DNA of 37,399 bases from Octopus sinensis. Lineage: Eukaryota. Each line of letters begins with the position of its first letter. The stretch's first letter is position 1. The stretch covers positions 1 to 37,399 of the forward strand of contig NW_021832189.1 of NCBI RefSeq assembly GCF_006345805.1, given 5' to 3'. This document shows positions 25,077 to 34,813 of this stretch, one piece after another. Made by a program: the position numbers and the translations under genes. The notes beneath the pieces were generated by a model. That model saw nothing but the letters and a program-made list of their open reading frames with translations, searched no databases and was not told the DNA's origin.

Positions 25077-25183
25077 CTTCTTCAGAAACGCACCTCTCCA
25101 ATATCGTTAGGGTTAGGGTTAGGGTTAAGTTTAGGGCTAGGGTTAGTGTTAGGGTTAATTGGAGAAATACATTTCTGAAGAAG
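25077..25183. repeat. Degenerate (TTAGGG)n array enclosed by 26-bp inverted repeats
   Basis: About 8 hexamers from 25107 to 25154 (5 perfect). Arms 25077-25102 and 25158-25183 are 22/26 complementary. Confidence 0.9.
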
Positions 25184-25378
25184 CGCCCTAGATTTCATAC
25201 ATTTCAAACTGTTCAATGTTTATAAATAAATAAATAAATAATTATAAATAAATAAATAAATAATTAAATAATCATAAATAAATAAAAAAAAATATAAATA
25301 AATAAATTACAGAGATCGATAATTTAATAACAACATATAAGAAATAATACACCATATTAACTTAAACGAACTCTGTGA

Positions 25379-25450
25379 AGCAGAGTGGCGCAGTGGAAGC
25401 GTGCTGGGCCCATAACCCAGAGGTCCGTAGATCGAAACTACGCTCTGCTA
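25379..25450 (+). tRNA. tRNA-iMet-CAT: Initiator tRNA-Met (CAT)
   Basis: AGCAGAG acceptor stem (A1-U72), anticodon arm CTGGG-CCCATAA-CCCAG with three G-C pairs, T-arm CGTAG-ATCGAAA-CTACG (A54, A60). All eukaryotic initiator hallmarks are present and all stems pair. Confidence 0.98.
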
Positions 25451-25462
25451 AGAAATGGACGC

Positions 25463-25471
25463 TTTTCCTTT

Positions 25472-25508
<37 letters not shown>
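25463..25508 (+). terminator. RNA polymerase III oligo-dT terminator
   Basis: T4 at 25463-25466 and a T35 run at 25474-25508 immediately 3' of the tRNA. Confidence 0.85.
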
Positions 25509-25511
<3 letters not shown>

Positions 25512-25758
25512 TATTGTCATTGGGTTATTTTCAAAATACCAACCTAATGCGTAATAGGGATAGGTACAAATTCTATTATTCAATAGAAATTTATACAGGG
25601 TCAAGAGGTAATACTGATACTCAAGTAAAGAGGTGGGCCACGAAGTCAAGAACAACGGATTTGTTGTTGATATTGTTGTTGTTGTTGTTGTTGTTAAGAG
25701 GAAGTCAGCGAGCTGGAAGAATCGTTACAGCGTTTTGAAAAAATATCTTGCGATATTT

Positions 25759-26079
25759 ATGCATAATGCTCGAGAAAAGGGTGAGAGGGCCATATCCGGG
25801 AAGTCTTATTTTTATGGCTAAGGAAGTGTGCTGAATCAAAGGTGCTGTCTGCCATAAAAATGGCAGACAGCACCCTCGATTCAGTTTAAGGATTTCCGAG
25901 ATTAATGAGAGGAAGAGAAAAGTTAACTTTAGATTGAAGACCGTGCAACAGGATAAACTCCACTTAAGACCCTGAGGAGCTGGGCAATGGCGTTAACCCG
26001 AGAAACGGATTGTCTATCACTCAATAAGTGACGTGGTCCTTTGCCCGGATTTCATACATTTTGATATGTAGCCACATTT
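25759..26079 (+). repeat. Direct repeat copy 2 (~320 bp) containing a 25-bp-arm hairpin
   Basis: Homologous to 24426-24707. Extra inverted repeat 25831-25855 / 25860-25884 (23/25). Confidence 0.92.
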
Positions 26080-26291
26080 ACCAGTCAAAGACGTAGTAGA
26101 AGGCAATTCTACTGTTCAATGTGTGACAAGCGGTGGATGGAATTCGAACATGTAACCATGTGACTCTGAAGAATGAGCCTATCAACCGCAAACCCGCTCC
26201 GCCCTCAAAACAAGCCAAAAGCATGAACATTGGTGAGATACATCAGCTAATTTAGAGTTGACTTCAAGCTAAACAACAGCAACGTCGACGA

Positions 26292-26351
<60 letters not shown>

Positions 26352-26386
26352 TATCATCATCATCATCAGCAGCAACAACAACAAGT

Positions 26387-26760
26387 GAAGGCGCAATGGC
26401 CCAGTGGTTAGGACAGCAGACTCGCGGTCGGAGGATCGCGGTTTCGATTCCCAGACCGGGCATTGTGTGTGTTTATTGAGTGAAAACACCTTAAGCTCCA
26501 CGAGGCTCCGGCAGAAGGGTGGTGGCGACCCCTGTTGTACTCTTTCGCCCCAACTTTCTCTCACTCTTTCTTCCTGTTTCTTGTCCCCGACTTCCTATGC
26601 AACCGCTGAGCCTGGATGCGCATTCATCCATCCGTCGATGCTCTCGGTGTCGGGGAGGGTTGACCTGCTTTCTCTTCTGCAGGTCTTACGAATAGCAAAG
26701 GACCACGTTTCGGACTTCTCCCATCTTGCGAGCTCTGGGACGAAGACCGTTCGCTCAACA
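26387..26760 (+). mobile_element. SINE family A, tail type 2, in (CAA/CAG)n
   Basis: Family-A head and body up to actctttcttcctgtttct, then a tail shared only with 35478-35840. Confidence 0.9.
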
Positions 26761-26897
26761 GCAACAACAACAGCAACAGTAGCAACAACAACAACAATAA
26801 CAGCAAAACGTGAACATGAGTAACAACTCCAACAAAAGCAATAACACCAACTACAACAAAACCAAGATTACTGGCCTTGCGTCAATGCTAAACAATT

Positions 26898-26942
<45 letters not shown>

Positions 26943-27035
26943 ATAATAATAATAATAATAATACCAATAATGATAATAATAATACAACTACTACTACTAC
27001 TACTAATACTACAACTACTACTGCTGCTGCTGCTG

Positions 27036-27073
<38 letters not shown>

Positions 27074-27659
27074 GTAGTTGAATTCCTGATTTATCGTTGA
27101 ATATCGATCACGTTTTGAAAAAAAAAAAGAAAACAAAAAAAAAATCTTTTATCGATCAAGAAGCGAGGAGGTTAAGATTTCCTTTGCACAACAGTTATTT
27201 GTCGATAAGAAAAATGAAAGAAGCAAAACAAACAACACAAAAACCAAAAACAACGCAAAAACAAAAATAAATAAAGAAAGAAACTTCAAAGAATCTTGGT
27301 TGTTATATATTCATACGTCAACTCCTGTGGCCCGTTTGACTGGTTTTATAATTCCAGTCTTGCGGCGGGGGAAATCGCTGTTCTATTTAACATCATCGCT
27401 GTTGTTAATTCACACGGTGAACCTTTGCCGAACGGCGCTGCACACAGATATATATATATATGGCTAATAAAGCGTTACCAACCATTCACCCCCCATGTCT
27501 GTCTGTCTGTGTCTCTCTTTCTCTCTCTTTGTGGCTCTCTTTCTTCTTTCGCTCTCCCTACACGCAATCACATCACACGAACCCACCCACACATACACAC
27601 ATGTGAGAGTAAACACGAACAAGAAAAGAAGTACTCAATACCGACTGGTAAAGAATATT

Positions 27660-28458
27660 ATATACTCTTTTAACTCTTTTACTTGTTTCAGTCATTAGAC
27701 TGCGGCCATGCTGGAGCACCGCCTTTAGTCAAGCAAATCGACCCCCAAGACTTATTCGTTGTTAGCCTAGTACTTATTCTATCGGTCTCTTTTGTTTAAC
27801 CGTTAATTTACGGGGATGTAAACACACCAGCATCGGTTGTCAAGCGATGTTGGGGAGGGGACAAACAGACACACAAACACACACACATATATATACACTA
27901 GCAGTATCGCCCGGCGTTGCTCAGGTTTGTAAGGGAAATAACTATAAAGCATTTTTAGAGAGTTATAGCCAAAAAATAGCAAAGAAATGGAAAAAAATTA
28001 TGGTAAATTTTTTTTTGAGATTTAAAAAAGGTAGAGTTGCGTCCCCTAGACAGTTTGTGGTTCGTATTCCTGATTTTCGACCCCATGTCGAATTTATCGA
28101 TTTTTTTCAGAACTGGGGGAACTTTTCAAAATTTTCGCTGCGTTAGTTTTGAATTATGACATTGGGCTATGTGTGTGTCAAGTTTCATCAGAATCGGTTG
28201 AAAGCCGTGGTCAGGGTGAGGGTACAAGCAAACAGACACACAGAAACACGCACAGACAAACTGCCGTTTATATAGAGAGAGATGTACATATATACGACGG
28301 GCTTCTTTCAGTTTTCGTCTACCAAATCTACTCACAAGGCTTTGGTCGGCCTGAGGCTATAGTAGAAGACACTTGATCAAGGTGCCACACAATGGGACTG
28401 AACCTGGAACCATGTGGTTGGTAAGCAAGCTACTTACCACACAGCCACTCCTGCGCCT
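27660..28458 (-). mobile_element. SINE family B split by a Helitron-like insertion
   Basis: 3' module at 27660-27896 and 5' module at 28284-28458 (cacagccactcctgcgcct). Confidence 0.87.
27897..28283 (+). mobile_element. Non-autonomous Helitron-like element nested in SINE B
   Basis: Same first ~110 bp as 21531-21927 (actagcagtatcgcccggcgttgctc...), a different body, ending tttatatagagagagat. Confidence 0.75.
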
Positions 28459-28530
28459 ATATCTATATAATTTATATCGTTACCACAGATTTCTCATGGC
28501 TAATCCATAGACGATTATATATATACATAA

Positions 28531-28760
28531 ATTCTTTTATTCTTTTATTTGTTTCAGTTATTTGACTGCGGCCACGCTGGAGCACTGCCTTTAGTAGAAG
28601 AAATCGGCTCCAAGACTTATTCTTTGTAAACCTAGCACTTATTCTATCGGGGATCTCTTGTCGAACAGCTAAGTTACGGGGACGTGAACACACCAACCGG
28701 CATCGGTTGTCAAGCGATGGTGGGGGAACAAACATAGACAGACAAATGCTTACATACATA
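28531..28760 (-). mobile_element. SINE family B 3' half
   Basis: tttgactgcggccacgctggagcactgcc...ctaagttacggggacgtgaacacacca. Confidence 0.83.
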
Positions 28761-28765
28761 GAAGG

Positions 28766-28872
28766 CAAGCTACTTTAATAAAGTGATAACAATGCAATTT
28801 GTTTTTAGTTTTGCAGTTATAAAGATGTCCGCCATTATGAACTTGGTAAAATCAAACAGACTCTGGAAACAA
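28766..28872 (+). repeat. Local duplication copy 1 (~107 bp; copy 2 at 30087-30194)
   Basis: gcaagctac.ttaataaagtgataacaatgcaatttgtttttagttttgcag...cagactctggaaacaat, about 5 differences between copies. Confidence 0.9.
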
Positions 28873-28932
28873 TAGATGAGTATAGTGGCAGCTTCATCAT
28901 TTTATTGATGATTTTCAATCTCTAAATTAAAT

Positions 28933-29590
28933 GGAGGCGCAATACGAAGGCGCAATGGCCCAGTGGTTAGGGCAGCCGATTCGCGGTCGTAGGATCGCGG
29001 TTTCGATTCCCAGACCGGGCATTGTGAGTGTTTATTGAGCGAAAACACCTAAACCACAACGAGGCTCTGGCACGGGGTGGTGGTGAACCCTGCTGTACTC
29101 TTTCACCACAACTTCCTCACACTCTTTCTTCCTCTTTCTGTTGTTCCTGTAATTCAAAGGGGTCAGTCTTGTCACACTCTGTGTCATGCTGAATCTTCCT
29201 GAGAACTACTTTAAAGGTACACGTGTCTGTGGAGTATTCAGCCACTCGCACGTTAATAAATTCTTTCTTCATGTTTCTGTTGTACCTGTATTTCAAAGGG
29301 CCAGCCTTGTCACACTCTGTGTCAGGCTGAATCTCTCTGAGAACTGCATTAAGGGTACACGTGTCTGTGGAGTATTCAGCCACTTGCACGCTAATAAATG
29401 AGCTGCGACGTCACAGGTGCCAAGCTGTATCGGCCTTTGCCTTTCCCTTGGATAACATCGGTGGCGTGGAGAAGGGAGGGTGGTATGCGTGGGCGACTTC
29501 TGGTCTTCCATAAACAACCTTGCCCAGACTTGTGCATCGGAAGGTAACTTTCTAGGGGCAATCCCACGGTCATTCATGACCGAAGGGGGT
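28933..29590 (+). mobile_element. SINE family A with stuttered head, internal ~115-bp tandem duplication and a third tail type
   Basis: ggaggcgcaatac-gaaggcgcaatgg head. The block gggycagycttgtcacactctgtgtca...cagccact.gcacg occurs twice. A unique tail follows at 29396-29590. Confidence 0.82.
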
Positions 29591-29592
29591 CA

Positions 29593-29823
29593 CAACAATA
29601 TTAAATGAAGGCATTGAAATACTGACATTGCTCTACCAATCCTGGTTTTCACTCCAGCTTCTGTATCGTCCTCGTTGGAAATACAGCATCCGAGACAAGT
29701 AGACTTATCGACGTACTTGATTTCACCTTGCCCGAGGGTGCCAAGTTGTGCTTGGCTGCCACCAATTGACAAGGCCTTGGGTTTTCTAGCGTTAACCTGC
29801 AACCCTGCTTTTGCTCCCAAACT
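29593..29823 (-). pseudogene. RTE-clade LINE reverse-transcriptase C-terminal fragment
   Basis: GAKAGLQVNARKPKAL..EIKYVDKSTCLGCCISNEDDTEAGVKTRIGRAMSVFQCL matches the RTE pattern GL.IN..KTK.M....E.V..F.YLGS.IS..G....DV..RI.KA..AF..L. Confidence 0.75.
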
Positions 29824-29987
29824 ATATATATTTATACATACATACATATATATGTGTGTGTGTTTGTGATATATACATGTATGTGTATGTTTGTGTGTGT
29901 TTTATATATGTATGTGCGACTGTGTGTGTATGCATACATACATACAGTGATAGAGAGAGAGAGAGGAAGATAGAGAGAGAGAGGGGT

Positions 29988-30019
<32 letters not shown>

Positions 30020-30086
30020 AAGAGAGAGAGAGAAAGAGAGAGAGAGAAAGAGAGAGAGAGTGGTGGGGTGCGAAGAGAAATAGAGG

Positions 30087-30194
30087 GCAAGCTACCTTAA
30101 TAAAGTGATAACAATGCAATTTGTTTTTAGTTTTGCAGTGATAAAGATGTCCGCCATTATGAACTCGGGGAAATCAAACAGACTCTGGAAACAA
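30087..30194 (+). repeat. Local duplication copy 2
   Basis: See 28766-28872. Confidence 0.9.
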
Positions 30195-30653
30195 TGTCTA
30201 TTGTTATAAAATATCAATTTGTTACATACTTGTTCGATAAATCGATTAAATCTCGAGAGGAAAATAATATGTATTGCAAAATACGCAAACTGTTTTGCTA
30301 CAAGCTCAGCTCCTCACACGTGATTGTGTAAACCAGATTAATACTGGTTTCGTCCAAATGGGATAAATTATTTTGTCCTCGTAAAATATTATATAATTCA
30401 TTACGTTATGCTATATATATATATGGTAATAGTATACTACCTATGAATATGTATATTTGTACGTGTATATATGTATGTAAGTATGTGTATATACAGGTGT
30501 ATATATGTGTATACATATGTATATATGCACACATATATGTATATACACACACATATATATGCATATATGTACACACACGCGCGTATAAATTGACAGAGTT
30601 AGATAAAAAAATCCAAGGTTGTGAATAGTTTTCAGAACATTTATAGAGAAAAG

Positions 30654-30701
30654 GTCTTACAGCTGTTTCGGAGCTATTTTATATATCCCTTCATCTGAGA
30701 C
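30654..30701 (-). ncRNA. Minimal type-I hammerhead motif with one core substitution
   Basis: Minus strand: gtct-CAGATGA-a-ggga...ctcc-GAAA-cagctg-TA-agac. Stem I gtct/agac, palindromic stem III acagctgt, U4>A. Confidence 0.6.
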
Positions 30702-30875
30702 GGTGCGAGAAAATGTTTGAGTATTTATTATCGAACCTGGAGGTTTGAGTGTCATTATCGAACCTGGAGTTTAACTATAGCCTGTTCATAGCACTTGCTT
30801 AGCGTTACCCGACGCCTCTTGGGTCTTCTTGACACCAATAGCTCTCACACCCTTGATTATATAAATATATACTTT

Positions 30876-31276
30876 TTTACTCTTTTATTACTCTTTTACT
30901 TGTATCAGTCATTTGACTGCGGCCATGCTGGAGCACTGCCTTTCGTCGAGCAAATCGATCCCGGGACTTATTCTTTGTAAGCCCAGTACTTATTCTATCG
31001 GACTCTTTTGCCGAACCGCTAAGTGACGGCGACGTAAACACACCAGCATCGGTTGTCAAGCAATGCTAGGGAGACAAACACAGACACACAAACACATACA
31101 CATACATACATATATATATATATACATATATACGACAGGCTTCTTTCAGTTTCCGTCTACCAAATCCACTCACAAGGCATATAGCAGAAGACACTTGCCC
31201 GAGATTCCACGCAGTGGGACTGAACCCGGAACCATGTGGTTGGTTAGCAAGCTACTTACCACACAGCCACTCCTGC
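30876..31276 (-). mobile_element. SINE family B, nearly full length
   Basis: Reverse complement colinear with 33766-34173, with a short internal deletion. Confidence 0.9.
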
Positions 31277-31279
31277 TAC

Positions 31280-31385
<106 letters not shown>

Positions 31386-31387
31386 GC

Positions 31388-31616
31388 TCTTCCCTCGGGC
31401 AACTCCTTAGTGTCATCCAACAACACCAGAGACCTTGGAGTAATTGATAACACTCTTAGCAAGGTTGACTTGGCCCGAAAGATGGATTCATTGAAAAATA
31501 TAAGCCTGAACTTAACCATCCTAACATTCTTATACCGGAAGAAATTCCTGATTACCTCCTCCTGCCTGGAACACTTCTTTGCACTTCATAACGAAGACAT
31601 GACACGATGTAGGTAA
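31388..31616 (+). pseudogene. CR1/L2-like LINE RT remnant
   Basis: [24 protein letters not shown] resembles the post-RT motif RDLGV.(I/V)D..LS. Downstream sequence is degenerate. Confidence 0.5.
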
Positions 31617-31882
31617 AGAAATTTGAGAAATTTGATAAGTTTACACGAAACCGGTTATTTCTCCCAAAACTATGTTACTATACACAAAATTTTATAACAT
31701 TTTTCTAACATAACGACTTAAATATATTCCTTAACCTTATAAAACAAGCCTTCTGTAGTTTTTTCACTCTTTTCTATTTTCTATATAGCCAGCCACGTGC
31801 TTTCACACACCAACTTTCTCACCTATATATATATATATATATATATTAAGGTATGTAGAAAAATACAACATGGACAAGAACG

Positions 31883-31937
<55 letters not shown>

Positions 31938-32022
31938 AAAATTTTAACTTTCTGTAAATTTCAACTATATACACACATACATACATGGATGCATACATAT
32001 ATACATGGATGGATGCATGCAT

Positions 32023-32058
<36 letters not shown>

Positions 32059-32688
32059 ACACACATATATATAGATATAAAATAGGTTATATTTAACGAT
32101 ATTTCTCCACACATTTAACCGCACACAAACACATATACACAAGTTTTTTAATAGCCAACAGCAGACAAACCTCACGAAAGATGTGAAGAGTTAAAACACA
32201 TAAACCGCACATGCGCAATGATATTCGATCATTATCTGTTTGTATTAAACCGCCATCATGTTAATGGAACCGCTTCAGGCTTTTAATAGAAACATTTCCA
32301 AGCATTTAGCAACAAGAAAAAACGGTTTCGACAAATATACCGGGGAATAAAGTATTACATAGTGTCGTTCTATTTTCTCTTTCAATTTTGGTCTCTGTTG
32401 TGTGTGTATGTGTGTCTCTCTCTCTCTGTCTCTTTCACTCACCACATACACACACATAAACATACATACGTACGTACAGACACACACACAAACAGACATA
32501 CATAAATACACACATGCGCGCGTACGCGCAGATATATATGTGCAAGTGTTTTACACACACATGTGTACACACACACACACACATATATATATACACATAC
32601 ATATATATATGTATAAATATATAAATGTACATGCACATACACATACATGTATATTGATGCGGGTATATATAAATATACACATACAGAA

Positions 32689-32745
<57 letters not shown>

Positions 32746-32818
32746 GGCGACGAGCTGATAGAATCGCTAGCACGCCGGACAAAATGATGTCTATCTATCT
32801 ATCTATCTATCCATCTGC

Positions 32819-32875
<57 letters not shown>

Positions 32876-33248
32876 GTATGTATATATATATGTATGTGTG
32901 TGTGTGTTTGGGTGTGTGGAGTGAGTGTGGTGGTTATTGTTTGTTTTCAGTTCAAACAACCGTGGCTGACGAAGTGAATGGTAAATACCTACTTCACGAT
33001 ATGCAGTGGATATGTCATTTCTTTTCACTTGCCGTACATTCTTTCCGTTTGCTTAACTTACGTGGGCATAAGGTCATAGCACCGACTGCTTGTTGAGTAT
33101 TTGTGCACTTACAGTAATCAAATATCCCATTAGACGAACTAAGAATGAACTACATCTCTCACCTACGCATGTGCGCTGTGTGACAGTGTACTCACACATC
33201 CGTAGATACATACATACATCATACATACATACATACATACATACATAA

Positions 33249-33280
<32 letters not shown>

Positions 33281-33765
33281 ATATATATATACATACATAT
33301 ACATGCATATATATTACATATATACACACACATATACATATATATATATAGAAATATACATACCAGCATATATATATAAATATGTATATATATGTGTATA
33401 TATATATATGTATATATATATATGTGTGTATATATGTATACACACACATACACACACACATATATATAGATGGTGGCCAGGTGCATGACGGCAGTCACGT
33501 GACTTAGAAACAGTGCTTCGATGTAAAGTGATGAGTCAAACGGTATGTCTACTTCCCTGTTTGCTGAAGACATTTAGTCAGTTACCAACGGCAGCAACTT
33601 CGTTAAATATGCGCCATGTTTGTAATGTGTGTGTATATATTTAAGTGAGTCGGTTTGCCGGCTGTTCTAGGTGAGCATTCCTACATGAGTATGTATGCGT
33701 GTTTGTGTGTGTGTGTTTCTGTATGCAGGTTGTTCCACCGCAGTGAGTATGTATGTATGAATGTT

Positions 33766-34173
33766 AGGCGCAGGAGTGGCTGTGTGGTAAGTAGCTTGTT
33801 TACAAACCACATGGTTCTGGGTTCAGTCCCACTGCGTGGCACCTTGGGCAAGTGTCTTCTACTATAGCCTCGGGCCGACCAAAGCCTTGTGAGTGGATTT
33901 GGTAGACGGAAACTGAAAGAAGCCCGTCGTATATATGTATATATATATGCGTGTGTGTTTGTGTGTCTGTGTTTGCCCCCCTAGCATTGCTTGACAACCG
34001 ATGCTGGTGTGATTATGTCCCTGTTACTTAGCGGTTCGGCAAAAGAGACCGATAAAATAAGTACTGGGCTTACAAAAGAATGAGTCCCGGGTCGAGTTGC
34101 TCGATTAAAGGCGGTGCTCCAGCATGGCCGCAGTCAAATGACTGAAACAAGTAAAAGAGTAAAAGTGTAAAAG
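33766..34173 (+). mobile_element. SINE family B, full length
   Basis: aggcgcaggagtggctgtgtggtaag...caccttgggcaagtgtcttctactatagcctcgggccgacc...(gtaaaaga)n. Confidence 0.93.
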
Positions 34174-34196
34174 TATATATATATATATATTTATAT

Positions 34197-34715
34197 ATAT
34201 AAACAAGAAGGGTAGTAATATTATTTACTACCAGGTGCCCAGCACAAAAGACGAATTAGTCATAAGACAAAAAATATTATTCATATAGAAAAATATTATC
34301 ATGTAGTTATACAATTAAGGGCTCCTAAATAAAGATGCCGAGTGCTGGGAACACAAAAAAGGGGGATGAAGTTATCGAGAGTGAAAATCAAAAAACGTTA
34401 CCGATAACTTTAACAACTCGTAACGCGGTGGTTTCTGCTTCTTTCTAGCAAAACACAGAATGTGTTTGCTAAGGCCAGCGTCATCAGCGAGTCGCCTAAA
34501 TTTAATCGAGGTCTGCAGCGATGTGGGACTATGTGTTGAACCCGACTACTAGCAGATCTTAACTTTTCAAATCTCTGCGCAGACGCAAAATTTACACGGG
34601 CATGCCGGGAAGAATTTTACGAATAAATCCATCATGTGGTATGCGAATATAAACAAGAAGGGTAGTAATATTATTTACTACCAGGTGCCCAGCACAAAAG
34701 ACGAATTAGTCATAA

Positions 34716-34719
<4 letters not shown>
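34197..34719 (-). mobile_element. 450-bp unit with 73-bp terminal direct repeats in (TA)n; candidate retrozyme or Penelope-type element
   Basis: Identical 73-mers at 34197-34269 and 34647-34719. No ORF. Hammerhead-like fold inside. Confidence 0.6.
34401..34509 (-). ncRNA. Type-I hammerhead-like ribozyme with extended stems I and II
   Basis: Minus strand: ggcgactcg-CTGATGA-c-gct..(hairpin tagcaaacaca/tgtgttttgcta)..agc-a-GAAA-ccaccgcg-TTA-cgagttgtt. Stem I extends to about 20 bp using G-U pairs. Two single-nucleotide deviations from the canonical core spacing. Confidence 0.55.
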
Positions 34720-34795
<76 letters not shown>

Positions 34796-34813
34796 TACTA
34801 TATATAACACATG

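Noticed and set aside
33529-33570. GTGATGA ... CTGA as a possible C/D-box snoRNA
   Set aside because: The boxes are only about 30 nt apart, with no terminal stem and no downstream D box.
34197-34719. Classical LTR/TRIM or CRISPR interpretation of the direct repeats
   Set aside because: No TG...CA pair, primer-binding site or polypurine tract is evident; there are only two repeats with a 377-bp interval, in a eukaryotic context.
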